The position numbers and the translations under genes were made by a program. Positions 1 through 6,854 of a stretch of 11,639 nt of DNA are shown piece after piece. The number at the start of each line of letters is the position of its first letter. Position 1 is the first letter of the stretch. The notes below the pieces were generated by a model. The model was not told the DNA's origin and did no database searches. It worked only from the letters and a program-made list of their open reading frames with translations. The stretch is taken from contig NZ_OMOH01000007.1 in the NCBI RefSeq assembly GCF_900289195.1, positions 109,481 to 121,119 of the forward strand. The letters are read 5' to 3'. This DNA is from Propionibacterium ruminifibrarum (GTDB taxonomy: Bacteria > Actinomycetota > Actinomycetes > Propionibacteriales > Propionibacteriaceae).

Positions 1-1
1 G

Positions 2-301
2 ATGGCCCTGCAGGCCATCCGGGCGTTCAACGTGCGGCTTGCCTTCGTCGGCACCGATGGTTTCACCGTTGACCGCGGCATGACGACGGGCTACTCGGCA
101 GGAGCCGAGGCCCTCAAGGCCATGTCTGAGCGGGCCGAGGAGACGTGGTTGCTCAGCGATTCGTCCAAGTACGGGCGGGCCGGCTTCGTCGGCGTCATGC
201 CGCTGAGTGAGCTGGCCGGCATCATCACCGACGATGGACTTGACGACTCGGCGGCCGCGGCGCTCGAGGAAGTCGGCTGCCGTCTGATGATCGCCCGCTG
301 A
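2..301 (+). CDS. DeoR/GlpR-family transcriptional regulator, C-terminal sugar-phosphate sensor domain (5' end lies outside the window)
   Basis: The frame is open from the window edge to TGA at 299-301. The sequence AFVGTDGFTVDRGMTT...AEALKAMSERAEETWLLSDSSKYGRAGFVGVMPLSELAGIITD is typical of DeoR C-terminal effector domains. The leading Met in the track is internal, not the true start. Confidence 0.75.
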   Translation: MALQAIRAFNVRLAFVGTDGFTVDRGMTTGYSAGAEALKAMSERAEETWLLSDSSKYGRAGFVGVMPLSELAGIITDDGLDDSAAAALEEVGCRLMIAR

Positions 302-471
302 GCCCCTGCCACTGCCCTTCGCCGTGCCCGAGGACGACGAGGCGGAGCAGCGCGGGCCCGGCTGGGCCCGTCAGGTGCACGACCTGGGCTCGACCCTGCC
401 CGGCGCGGCCGCTCAGCAGTGAGACGGTCAGGGCCGATGCCGGCCGGAAGGCATGCCGAAACTGACGGAAC

Positions 472-509
472 CCGGCCGTTCTCGGCTCAATTTGTCAGAA
501 AACGGCCGG
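472..509. repeat. Inverted repeat CCGGCCGTT (472-480) / AACGGCCGG (501-509) with a 20-nt AT-richer loop
   Basis: The 9-bp arms are perfectly complementary, read directly from the sequence. The repeat lies between the DeoR stop and the riboswitch. Function is unknown; it could be the terminator of the upstream gene or an operator. Confidence 0.5.
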
Positions 510-525
510 ATCCTGTCAGAAAAAC
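493..525 (+). repeat. Two direct copies of TGTCAGAAAA(A)C spaced 21 bp apart (493-503 and 514-525) in the AT-richest stretch upstream of the riboswitch; candidate promoter or operator region
   Basis: The repeats are read directly. The first copy is preceded by T, giving TTGTCA, which resembles a -35 element. No convincing -10 hexamer was found, so the regulatory role is inferred. Confidence 0.35.
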
Positions 526-552
526 CATGCCTTCCCAGCGGCAGGGCCTGCG

Positions 553-710
553 TGGTGTCGGCCCGGTTCGTTTCGGGGGTGTGACAGACTGATCCCTGCA
601 GTTCTCACGAGGAATCCCGGTGCCCGGCCCCGGCCGGTAGTCCGGAGCGGTCCCGCCACTGTGAACCGGCCCCCGCCGGTGAGCCAGACACTCGCGAACT
701 GCCGGCACCA
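553..710 (+). promoter_or_regulatory. Cobalamin (B12) riboswitch controlling the cbiL-cbiF-cbiEGH-cbiX operon
   Basis: Conserved core elements are visible: GAGGAATCCCGGTG (609-622), GTCCGGAGCGGTCCCGCCACTGTGA (640-664), and a B12-box-like GAGCCAGACAC...CTGCC (681-703). A closing P1 helix pairs TGGTGTCGGC (553-562) with GCCGGCACCA (701-710), including one G-U pair. The element lies 32 nt upstream of the cbiL start and its GAGGAGG RBS. Confidence 0.8.
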
Positions 711-741
711 GACCATTGGGCGAGGCACCTGAGGAGGCCAT

Positions 742-1524
742 GTGAGCGAGCACCGCGCGCGCCCCGACAGCGAATCCGGCGACGAGCGACGCTTCATCGG
801 GGTCGGGGTCGGCCCAGGCGATCCCGAACTGGTCACCCTCAAAGCGGTGAGGGTCCTCGAGACGGCCGACGTCATCCTCGTCCCCTCCACCGAGGCCTCC
901 GCCGACGGACCCGGCCGGGCCGAGCAGATCATCACCCAGGTGGTTCCCGACGGCGCCGAGCGCATCCGGCGCATCCCGTTCTCGATGGCCCAGCGCCGCG
1001 GCGTCGGGGCGCGGCGGGCCGAGAGCTGGCGGGCCAGCGCCGACGCCGCCGTCGAGGCCTTCGAGTCCGGCAGCAGCACCGTCGCCTTCGCCACCGTCGG
1101 CGACCCGGCCGTCTTCTCCACCTTCAGCTATCTGCGCGCCACCCTCGCCGAGCGGATGCCCGGCGTCTGCTTCGAGCTGGTGCCCGGCGTCACCGCCATG
1201 CAGGCCCTGGCCGCCGCGAGCACCACGCCGCTCGCCGAGGGCCGCGAGATCCTCGCCCTCGTGCCGGCAACCGTCGGGCCCGAACGGCTCGGCGAGGTGC
1301 TCGACGTCGCCGACTCGGTCGCCATCTACAAGGGCGGACGCACCCTGCCCGAGGTGCTGGAGGCCCTGCGTGAACGCGACCGCCGAGCCGTCATCGGCAC
1401 CGACGTCTCCCTGCCCGGCCAGCGGCTCGCCTCGCTCGACGAGATCGACGCCGACGAGAGGCTGCCCTACTTCTCGGCCGTCCTCACGACGCCCGAACGC
1501 ACCATCACAGGAGGCCGCATATGA
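742..1524 (+). CDS. cbiL: Cobalt-factor II / precorrin-2 C20-methyltransferase (CbiL/CobI)
   Basis: The GTG start at 742 is preceded by GAGGAGG (731-737). Tetrapyrrole methylase motifs are present: FIGVGVGPGDPELVTLKAVRVLETADVILVP, VGDPAVFSTFSYL and PGVTAMQALAA. The stop overlaps the next start (ATGA at 1521-1524). Confidence 0.9.
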   Translation: MSEHRARPDSESGDERRFIGVGVGPGDPELVTLKAVRVLETADVILVPSTEASADGPGRAEQIITQVVPDGAERIRRIPFSMAQRRGVGARRAESWRASADAAVEAFESGSSTVAFATVGDPAVFSTFSYLRATLAERMPGVCFELVPGVTAMQALAAASTTPLAEGREILALVPATVGPERLGEVLDVADSVAIYKGGRTLPEVLEALRERDRRAVIGTDVSLPGQRLASLDEIDADERLPYFSAVLTTPERTITGGRI

Positions 1525-2504
1525 GCGAGCGACCCGAACCCGCCGTGCCCGTCGACGACGCGCACGTCGACATCGACGCGATCGACCACACGCTGATCGA
1601 CCCGCCGCCGATCCCGGCGCCCGCCCGCGACGAGGCCCGCGGCCGGGTCGTCTTCGTCGGCGCCGGCCCCGGCGCCGCCGACCTGGTGAGCGTGCGCGGC
1701 GCCCGCATCATCGCCGCGGCCGACATCATCATCTGGGCCTCCAGCCTCGTCCACCCCGACATGGTCGCCGACCGCAAGCCGGGCGCCGAACTCATCGACT
1801 CCGCGTCGATCCCGCTGGAGGACCTCATCCCGCTGTACACCCGCGCCCGCGACGAGCGTCTGCTCGTGGCCCGCGTGCACACCGGCGACCCGTCGATCTA
1901 CGGCGCCACCGCCGAGCAGCGCGACCTGTGCCGGCGCCTGGGCATCGACTACGAGACCGTGCCCGGCATCTCGGCGTTCAGCGCCACCGCCGCCCGCATG
2001 GACGTCGAGGTCACCGTGCCCGAGGTCAGCCAGTCCCTCGTCATCACCCGCCTGGAGGGCGGCCGCACGCCGATGCCGCCCGGTGAGACCATCGCCTCGT
2101 TCGCCGCCCACGGCGCCACCATGGCCGTCTACCTGTCGGCGGCCCGCCACCACGCGCTGCAGCAGGCGCTGCTCGACGGCGGCTACCCGCCCGAGACGCC
2201 CTGCATCATCGGCTACAGCGTCACCTGGCCGCAGGAGATGATGTTCCGCTGCGAGCTGGCCCGGCTGTCCGAGACGATGCGCGCCCACAAGCTGTGGAAG
2301 CACACCATCGTGCTCGTCGGCCCGGCCCTCGCCGAGGGGCCGATCGCCGCCCGCAGCCACCTGTACCACCCCGGCTTCCGCCACGAGTACCGCGACGCCG
2401 ACGCCCGGGCCCGGCAGGAGCTGCGCACCCACGGCGCCCGCGCCCTCGACGACGTCACGACCGAGACCGGCCAGGCCGGCGACACCACGGGAGAGAACGC
2501 ATGA
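1521..2504 (+). CDS. cbiF: Cobalt-precorrin-4 / precorrin-4 C11-methyltransferase (CbiF/CobM), with about 40 aa N-terminal and about 35 aa C-terminal extensions
   Basis: The ATG at 1521 overlaps the cbiL stop, and the RBS ACAGGAGG lies at 1508-1515. Motifs are VVFVGAGPGAADLVSVRGARIIAAADIIIWASSLV, HTGDPSIYGA, VPGISAFSATAA and TMAVYLS. The stop at 2502-2504 overlaps the next ATG. Confidence 0.9.
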   Translation: MSERPEPAVPVDDAHVDIDAIDHTLIDPPPIPAPARDEARGRVVFVGAGPGAADLVSVRGARIIAAADIIIWASSLVHPDMVADRKPGAELIDSASIPLEDLIPLYTRARDERLLVARVHTGDPSIYGATAEQRDLCRRLGIDYETVPGISAFSATAARMDVEVTVPEVSQSLVITRLEGGRTPMPPGETIASFAAHGATMAVYLSAARHHALQQALLDGGYPPETPCIIGYSVTWPQEMMFRCELARLSETMRAHKLWKHTIVLVGPALAEGPIAARSHLYHPGFRHEYRDADARARQELRTHGARALDDVTTETGQAGDTTGENA

Positions 2505-5056
2505 TCCGCGTCCACGGATACCTCGGCACGATCAGCGAGCAGCTGCGCCGGGAGGCGGCCGAGGCCGACCTCGTCGTCGGCGGGCGCCGCCACCTCGACG
2601 CCCTCGACGTGCCCGAGGACAGGCGCCAGGTGCTGGGCCTCATCGGCCCGGCCGTCGACCGCATCCGCGCCCTGCCCGACGACGCACGGGTCGTCGTCGT
2701 CGCCTCGGGCGACCCGCTGTTCTTCGGCGTCGTGCGCCGCCTGCGCCAGGGCGGCCTGAACGTCGAGGTCGTCCCCGAGGTCACGAGCGTCCAGGCCGCC
2801 TTCGCCGCCGTCGCCGTGCCCTGGGACGACGCGCAGATCGTCAACGCCCACTCCCGCGGACTCGACGCGGCCGTGCGCATCGCCCGCAACCACCCCAAGG
2901 TCGCCGTCCTCACCGCCCCCGGCCGCGGGCTGCGGGAACTGGCCGGGGCCCTGCGCGGGGCCGACAAGACCTACGTCCTCGCCGCCCGCATGGGCGAGCC
3001 CGACCAGCGGGTCGACGTCCTCACCGAGGAGCAGGCCCTCGCCCTGGCCGACGGCGAGGTGCCCGGGCTGCACGTCGTCCTCGTGCTCGACCACCGGCCC
3101 GACGACCCGCGGGCGGTCGGCGTGACCCCCGAGATCGCCGGCGACGCCGAGACGCCCGCCGACGACGAGCCGCGCCCCGGCGACACCGCGGCGGCCGACG
3201 GTTCGGACCGGGACCCGATCATCGGCCACGTCTACGCGACGAGCCGCGCCCGCGCCACCGCCGACCGCATCGACGAGGCCCTGGGCGTCACCTCGAAACG
3301 CTACGACGGCAAGGTCGCTGCGGGTCTCGCGGCGGCCTGGGGCGAGTGCGACCTCATCGTCTCGCACGTCGCCCTGGGCGCCACTGCCCGCATGATCGCC
3401 CCGATGCTCGCCGACAAGAAGACCGACCCGGGCGTCGTCGTGGTCGACGAGGCCGCCCGCTTCGCCATCCCGCTGGTCGGCGGACACATCGGCGGCGCCA
3501 ACGAGTTCGCCCGCCGGATCGGCGAGGCGACCGGCGCCACCGCCGTCGTCACCACCGCCACCGACGCGCTCGGCCTGCCCGCCCTCGACCAGCTCGGCTG
3601 GGCGTTCAGCGGCGACGTCGCCGCCGTCACCGGCGCCATCATCGAGGGCCGGCCCGTCGACTGGGTGCGCCGACGCCTGTGGCGGGTGCCGCCGATGCCC
3701 GCCAACGTGCGCGTCACCGGCCCCTGCGAGGCGCCGGCCGAGGAACCGGCCGAACCGGCCGAACCGGCCGCCCCCGCGGTCGCCCGCGTCGTCGTCACCG
3801 ACGAGCTGGCCGTGCCCGAATCCGACCTGCCCACCGTCGTCCTGCGCCCCGACAGCCTCGTCGTGGGCATGGGCTGCAACAGGGGCACCGGGGCCGAGGA
3901 GCTGCGCGGGCTGCTCGAATCGACCCTCGCCGAGGCGGGCCTGGCCGTCGAGTCCGTCGCCGCGCTGTGCAGCGCCGACGTCAAGGTGGGCGAGAAGGGC
4001 CTCATCAAGCTGGCCGCCGAACTCGGCGTGCCCTACCGGGTGTTCGACGCGGACACCCTCGACGCGCAGGACGCCCCGAACACCTCGGAGGTCGTCAGAT
4101 CCGAGGTCGGCACCGGCTCGGTGTCCGAGGCCTCGGTGCTGGCCGCCGGCGCAGAACTGGTCGTGCCCAAGCACAAGACCCAGAACGCGACGTGCGCCAT
4201 CGGACGGCTGCCGGCCCGTGGCGTGCTGCACGTCGTGGGCCTGGGCCCCGGCGCCCGCGACCTGCTCACCCCGCGCGCCCGCGAGGCGGTGCGGGGCGCC
4301 AACATGGTGGTCGGCTACGGGCCGTACGTGCGGCAGGTCCGCGACCTCATCAGCCCGAACGCCGACGTCATGGCGACGAAGATGGGCACCGAGGAGCAGC
4401 GCACCGCCGCCGCCATCGACGCGGCCCGCCGCGGCCTCGACGTCGCCTTCGTCTGCGGCGGCGACCCTGCGATCTACGCCATGGCCAGCCCAACCCTCGA
4501 GATGGGCACCGACGGCATCGACGTCGACGTCATCCCCGGCGTCACCGCCGAGCTGGCCGCCTCGGCGGTCCTCGGCGCGCCACTGGGCCACGACCACGCG
4601 ACCATCAGCCTGTCCGACCTGCACACCGACTGGGACCTCATCTGCAGGCGGGTGCGGGCGGCGGCCGAGGGCGATTTCGTCATCACCTTCTACAACCCGC
4701 GCTCGCGCACGCGCACCCACCACCTGCCCGACGCGCTGGCCATCATCGCCGAGTACCGCGGCCCCGACACCCCGGTGGCGTGCGTGGCGCAGGCCGAGCG
4801 CCCCCAGCAGAAGGTGACGATGTCGACGCTGGCGCAGTTCAAGCCTGAGTGGGTGGACATGAACACGATGGTGATCGTTGGCTCGGACACCACCAAGTTC
4901 GTCACCAGTGGCGGCGATCGACGTCTGATCGTCACCCCGCGCGACTACCACTGGATGGAGGGACATGTGAGCGGCGAGAAGCGGCTCAACTACCGCCACC
5001 AGGACCGTCCGAAGATGTCGCGCGCCGAGTATCGGGGCCAGACCAAGGAGAAATGA
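2501..5056 (+). CDS. cbiEGH: Triple-fusion protein (851 aa): CbiE (precorrin-6Y C5-methyltransferase half), CbiG (cobalt-precorrin-5A hydrolase) and CbiH (cobalt-precorrin-3B C17-methyltransferase)
   Basis: The start is taken at ATG 2501 (MIRVHGY...), which overlaps the cbiF stop (ATGA). The track start at 2294 encodes only Arg/Pro-rich sequence inside cbiF. The CbiE part spans about 2501-3100 (VVVASGDPLFFGV, VPEVTSVQAAFA). An acidic Pro-rich linker spans about 3100-3215. The CbiG part spans about 3218-4210 (PLVGGHIGGANEFARRIGEATGATAVVTTATD; VVGMGCNRG...VKVGEKGLIKLAAELGVP...EVGTGSVSEASVLAAG). The CbiH part spans about 4219-5056 (LHVVGLGPGARDLLTPRAREAVRGANMVVGY, GGDPAIYAMASP, IPGVTAELAASA). 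Confidence 0.9.
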   Translation: MIRVHGYLGTISEQLRREAAEADLVVGGRRHLDALDVPEDRRQVLGLIGPAVDRIRALPDDARVVVVASGDPLFFGVVRRLRQGGLNVEVVPEVTSVQAAFAAVAVPWDDAQIVNAHSRGLDAAVRIARNHPKVAVLTAPGRGLRELAGALRGADKTYVLAARMGEPDQRVDVLTEEQALALADGEVPGLHVVLVLDHRPDDPRAVGVTPEIAGDAETPADDEPRPGDTAAADGSDRDPIIGHVYATSRARATADRIDEALGVTSKRYDGKVAAGLAAAWGECDLIVSHVALGATARMIAPMLADKKTDPGVVVVDEAARFAIPLVGGHIGGANEFARRIGEATGATAVVTTATDALGLPALDQLGWAFSGDVAAVTGAIIEGRPVDWVRRRLWRVPPMPANVRVTGPCEAPAEEPAEPAEPAAPAVARVVVTDELAVPESDLPTVVLRPDSLVVGMGCNRGTGAEELRGLLESTLAEAGLAVESVAALCSADVKVGEKGLIKLAAELGVPYRVFDADTLDAQDAPNTSEVVRSEVGTGSVSEASVLAAGAELVVPKHKTQNATCAIGRLPARGVLHVVGLGPGARDLLTPRAREAVRGANMVVGYGPYVRQVRDLISPNADVMATKMGTEEQRTAAAIDAARRGLDVAFVCGGDPAIYAMASPTLEMGTDGIDVDVIPGVTAELAASAVLGAPLGHDHATISLSDLHTDWDLICRRVRAAAEGDFVITFYNPRSRTRTHHLPDALAIIAEYRGPDTPVACVAQAERPQQKVTMSTLAQFKPEWVDMNTMVIVGSDTTKFVTSGGDRRLIVTPRDYHWMEGHVSGEKRLNYRHQDRPKMSRAEYRGQTKEK
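3743..3769 (+). repeat. Perfect 3x tandem 9-mer GAACCGGCC, encoding the (EPA)n linker between the CbiG subdomains
   Basis: The copies at 3743-3751, 3752-3760 and 3761-3769 are identical and translate to EEPAEPAEPAAPA. Confidence 0.9.
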
Positions 5057-5058
5057 CA

Positions 5059-6303
5059 ATGACCCGTCAACCCCCGCTCATCGTCGCGGCGCACGGCACC
5101 CGCCAGGCCGAGGGCCTGGCCAGCTGCCGGGGGCTCGTCGACCGTGTCGCGGCGAAGCTGCCCGGCGTGCACGTGGGCATCGGTTTCGTCGAGCTCGCCG
5201 AGCCCGACATCGCCACGGCCGTCGCCGACGCCCTCAAGGCAGTGCCCCCGGAGGAGGGCGCGGAGGGCCCGGACGCCGTCGTGGCGCCGCTGCTGCTGCA
5301 CACCGGCGGACATGTGCGCTCGGACATCCCCGAGGCCATCGAGGAGGGCCGCGACGGCGCGCACGTCGCCTACGCGGGCCCGCTCATGCCCGACCTGCGG
5401 GTGCGTTTCGCCCTGCAGCGCCGCATCGGCGAGGCCCTCGCCCTCGACGGCGGCCCCGAGTGGCGTGCCGGCGACACGAGTGTGGTGCTCGTGGGCCGGG
5501 GCGCGCTGGTGCCCGACGCCAACGCCGAGCACTACCGTCTCTCGCGCCTGGTGTGGGACGAGATGGGGCTGCACCAGGTGCTGCCCGCCTTCATCCAGGT
5601 GAACCGCCCGAGCGTGCCCGACGCCCTGTCCGCGGCCGCCGCCTCGGGCGCCACCCAGGTGGTCGTGGCGCCGGTCTTCCTGTTCACCGGCAAGCTGTCC
5701 CAGTGGCTGGCCGAGCAGGTCGGGGCCTGGCAGGCCTCGCACCCCGACGTCGAGGTGCGCATCGGCGGCGTCATCGGCGACTGCGACGAGGTCGCCGACG
5801 TCCTCATCGACCGCTACCGCCAGCAGCTGGGCATCGAGGGGGCCGGGCAGGGCGCCCCGGTCTACCTGTCGGGGCTGCGCCTGCAGGGCCGCCAGGCGCT
5901 CGTCGTGGGGGCCGGGCAGGTGGCCGAGCGCCGCATCCCGGCTCTGCTCGAGGCGGGCGCCGAGGTGCGCGTCGTCGCGCCGAGCGCCGGCATCAAGGTG
6001 TCGGGCATGGCGGCTCGCGGCGAGATCGAGCTGGTCGAGCGGGCCTTCCGGCCGTCCGACGTGGACGGCGCCTGGTACGTCGTGGCAGCCACCAACGACA
6101 CCGCCGTGAACCAGCAGGTCGCCGAGACCGCCGAGGCTCAGCACGTGTTCTGTGTGCGCTCCGACCGGGCTCTCGGCGGCAGCGCCTACACCCCGGCCAC
6201 CGAGCAGGCCGGCGGCATCACCGTCGCCGTCGTGGGCGACCGCAACCCCCGCCGCAGCGTGAGGGTGCGTGAGGAACTGCTGCGCGCCCTGCAGGGCGTC
6301 TGA
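5059..6303 (+). CDS. cbiX: Fusion of sirohydrochlorin cobaltochelatase (double-domain CbiX) and an NAD-dependent precorrin-2 dehydrogenase domain (SirC / CysG N-terminal / Met8-like)
   Basis: The start is taken at ATG 5059, 8 nt after AAGGAG (5045-5050). An in-frame ATG at 5053 overlaps the cbiEGH stop (ATGA) and is the alternative. The CbiX part includes LIVAAHGTR, APLLLHTGGHVRSDIP, VVLVGRGA and VVVAPVFLFTGK. From about 5859 there is a Rossmann-type dehydrogenase domain (RQALVVGAGQVAERRIPALLEAGAEVRVVAP ... WYVVAATND). The track start at 4849 lies inside cbiH and is rejected. Confidence 0.85.
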   Translation: MTRQPPLIVAAHGTRQAEGLASCRGLVDRVAAKLPGVHVGIGFVELAEPDIATAVADALKAVPPEEGAEGPDAVVAPLLLHTGGHVRSDIPEAIEEGRDGAHVAYAGPLMPDLRVRFALQRRIGEALALDGGPEWRAGDTSVVLVGRGALVPDANAEHYRLSRLVWDEMGLHQVLPAFIQVNRPSVPDALSAAAASGATQVVVAPVFLFTGKLSQWLAEQVGAWQASHPDVEVRIGGVIGDCDEVADVLIDRYRQQLGIEGAGQGAPVYLSGLRLQGRQALVVGAGQVAERRIPALLEAGAEVRVVAPSAGIKVSGMAARGEIELVERAFRPSDVDGAWYVVAATNDTAVNQQVAETAEAQHVFCVRSDRALGGSAYTPATEQAGGITVAVVGDRNPRRSVRVREELLRALQGV

Positions 6304-6350
6304 GCGGCAACGCCGAACAGGATGGGGCGGGTCCGGTTCGGGCCCGCCCC
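6253..6350 (+). repeat. Direct repeat copy 1 (98 bp): the last 16 codons and stop of cbiX-sirC plus the downstream hairpin
   Basis: It aligns base for base with 6845-6942 at an offset of 592. There are 4 mismatches (6290/6882, 6305/6897, 6308/6900, 6322/6914). Confidence 0.95.
6324..6350 (+). terminator. GC-rich stem-loop downstream of cbiX-sirC; likely factor-independent terminator without a U-tract
   Basis: GGGGCGGG-T-CCG (6324-6335) pairs with CGG-G-CCCGCCCC (6339-6350), giving a 12-bp stem including one T-G pair around a GTT loop. It begins 21 nt after the stop codon. Lack of a T-run is common in high-GC actinobacteria. Confidence 0.6.
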
Positions 6351-6542
6351 CATCGTTGTGGTCCAGGTCCTTTCCTGACGTATGGCGCTGAGTGGCGCGA
6401 GGACAGACCAAGTTCGGGATCTCTGGGCAAGGCGTTCTCGGGGGCCAGAATGAGCGTGGAAAGATCTTGCGGACTGTCGTGAGGCAGCGTGCGGGGAAGC
6501 GCGCCACGCGGCAGATGCCATCAAGAGGAAGGGAGAGGGACG

Positions 6543-6854
6543 ATGAACACCAGCGCCGCGATGACTCCGTGGGAACAGGTCAGAGAGGAATCCCTGGCGG
6601 CCATGACCGAGGCGGAGCGGGCCGAGTACGACGCGGCATCCATCGAAGCCGAGGCGCGGCTGCAGCTCGCAGAATTGGTCTACAACGCACGCACATCAGC
6701 TGGGTTGTCCCAGACTGAGCTCGCTCGAAGGGCCCATACTCGTCAGGCGGTCATCTCCGCCATTGAGAGTGGCGCTCAGGCTCCTGGGGGCATCATGCTC
6801 GCACGCATCGCCCACGCTCTCGGCGGGACTCTCAGCATCCATGTCGCAGCGTGA
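6543..6854 (+). CDS. XRE-family helix-turn-helix protein (103 aa), antitoxin-like (HigA/XRE type), with no adjacent toxin
   Basis: ATG 6543 is preceded by the purine-rich AAGAGGAAGGGAGAGGGA (6523-6540). The HTH core is AGLSQTELARRAHTRQAVISAIESG, followed by LARIAHALGGTLSI. The N-terminal helical region (TEAERAEYDAASIEAEARLQLAELVYNAR) is typical of actinobacterial XRE antitoxins. The last two codons and the stop (GCA GCG TGA, 6846-6854) lie inside repeat copy 2. Confidence 0.75.
   Translation: MNTSAAMTPWEQVREESLAAMTEAERAEYDAASIEAEARLQLAELVYNARTSAGLSQTELARRAHTRQAVISAIESGAQAPGGIMLARIAHALGGTLSIHVAA

Noticed and set aside
1370-2086. 238-aa Arg/Pro-rich plus-strand ORF, together with the similar 3346..4848 (500 aa), 4218..4817 and 5460..6272 ORFs
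   Set aside because: These are out-of-frame readings of real cbi genes. Their extreme Arg/Pro/Gly content is what shifted frames of GC-rich coding DNA produce.
2294-2500. Upstream extension of the cbiEGH ORF (track start 2294)
   Set aside because: The extra 69 aa are Arg/Pro-rich and lie entirely inside cbiF in another frame. The ATG at 2501 gives a canonical ATGA overlap and an N-terminus matching the CbiE domain.
4849-5052. Upstream extension of the cbiX ORF (track start 4849)
   Set aside because: The extension overlaps the conserved C-terminus of CbiH out of frame. An SD-like AAGGAG precedes the ATG at 5059.
2213-5059. 948-aa ORF on the minus strand, antisense to cbiF and cbiEGH
   Set aside because: It is a typical high-GC antisense artefact. 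Its composition is Gly/Arg/Asp/Ala/His-rich with no recognisable motif. It exactly shadows a plus-strand gene with unmistakable CbiE, CbiG and CbiH motifs.
4990-6507. 505-aa minus-strand ORF antisense to cbiX-sirC
   Set aside because: It has no domain-like sequence and overlaps a confidently assigned plus-strand gene. It runs through the terminator and repeat region.
6351-6542. Possible toxin gene or remnant upstream of the XRE gene
   Set aside because: All three plus frames are broken by stops within about 35 codons. Only a vague ILRTVVRQRAGK stretch is reminiscent of RelE/Gp49-type C-termini, which is not enough to call.
6489-6542. Longer start (6489) for the XRE gene as given in the ORF track
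   Set aside because: The extra 18 aa (MRGSAPRGRCHQEEGRGT) are not HTH-family-like, and the purine-rich RBS sits directly before ATG 6543.
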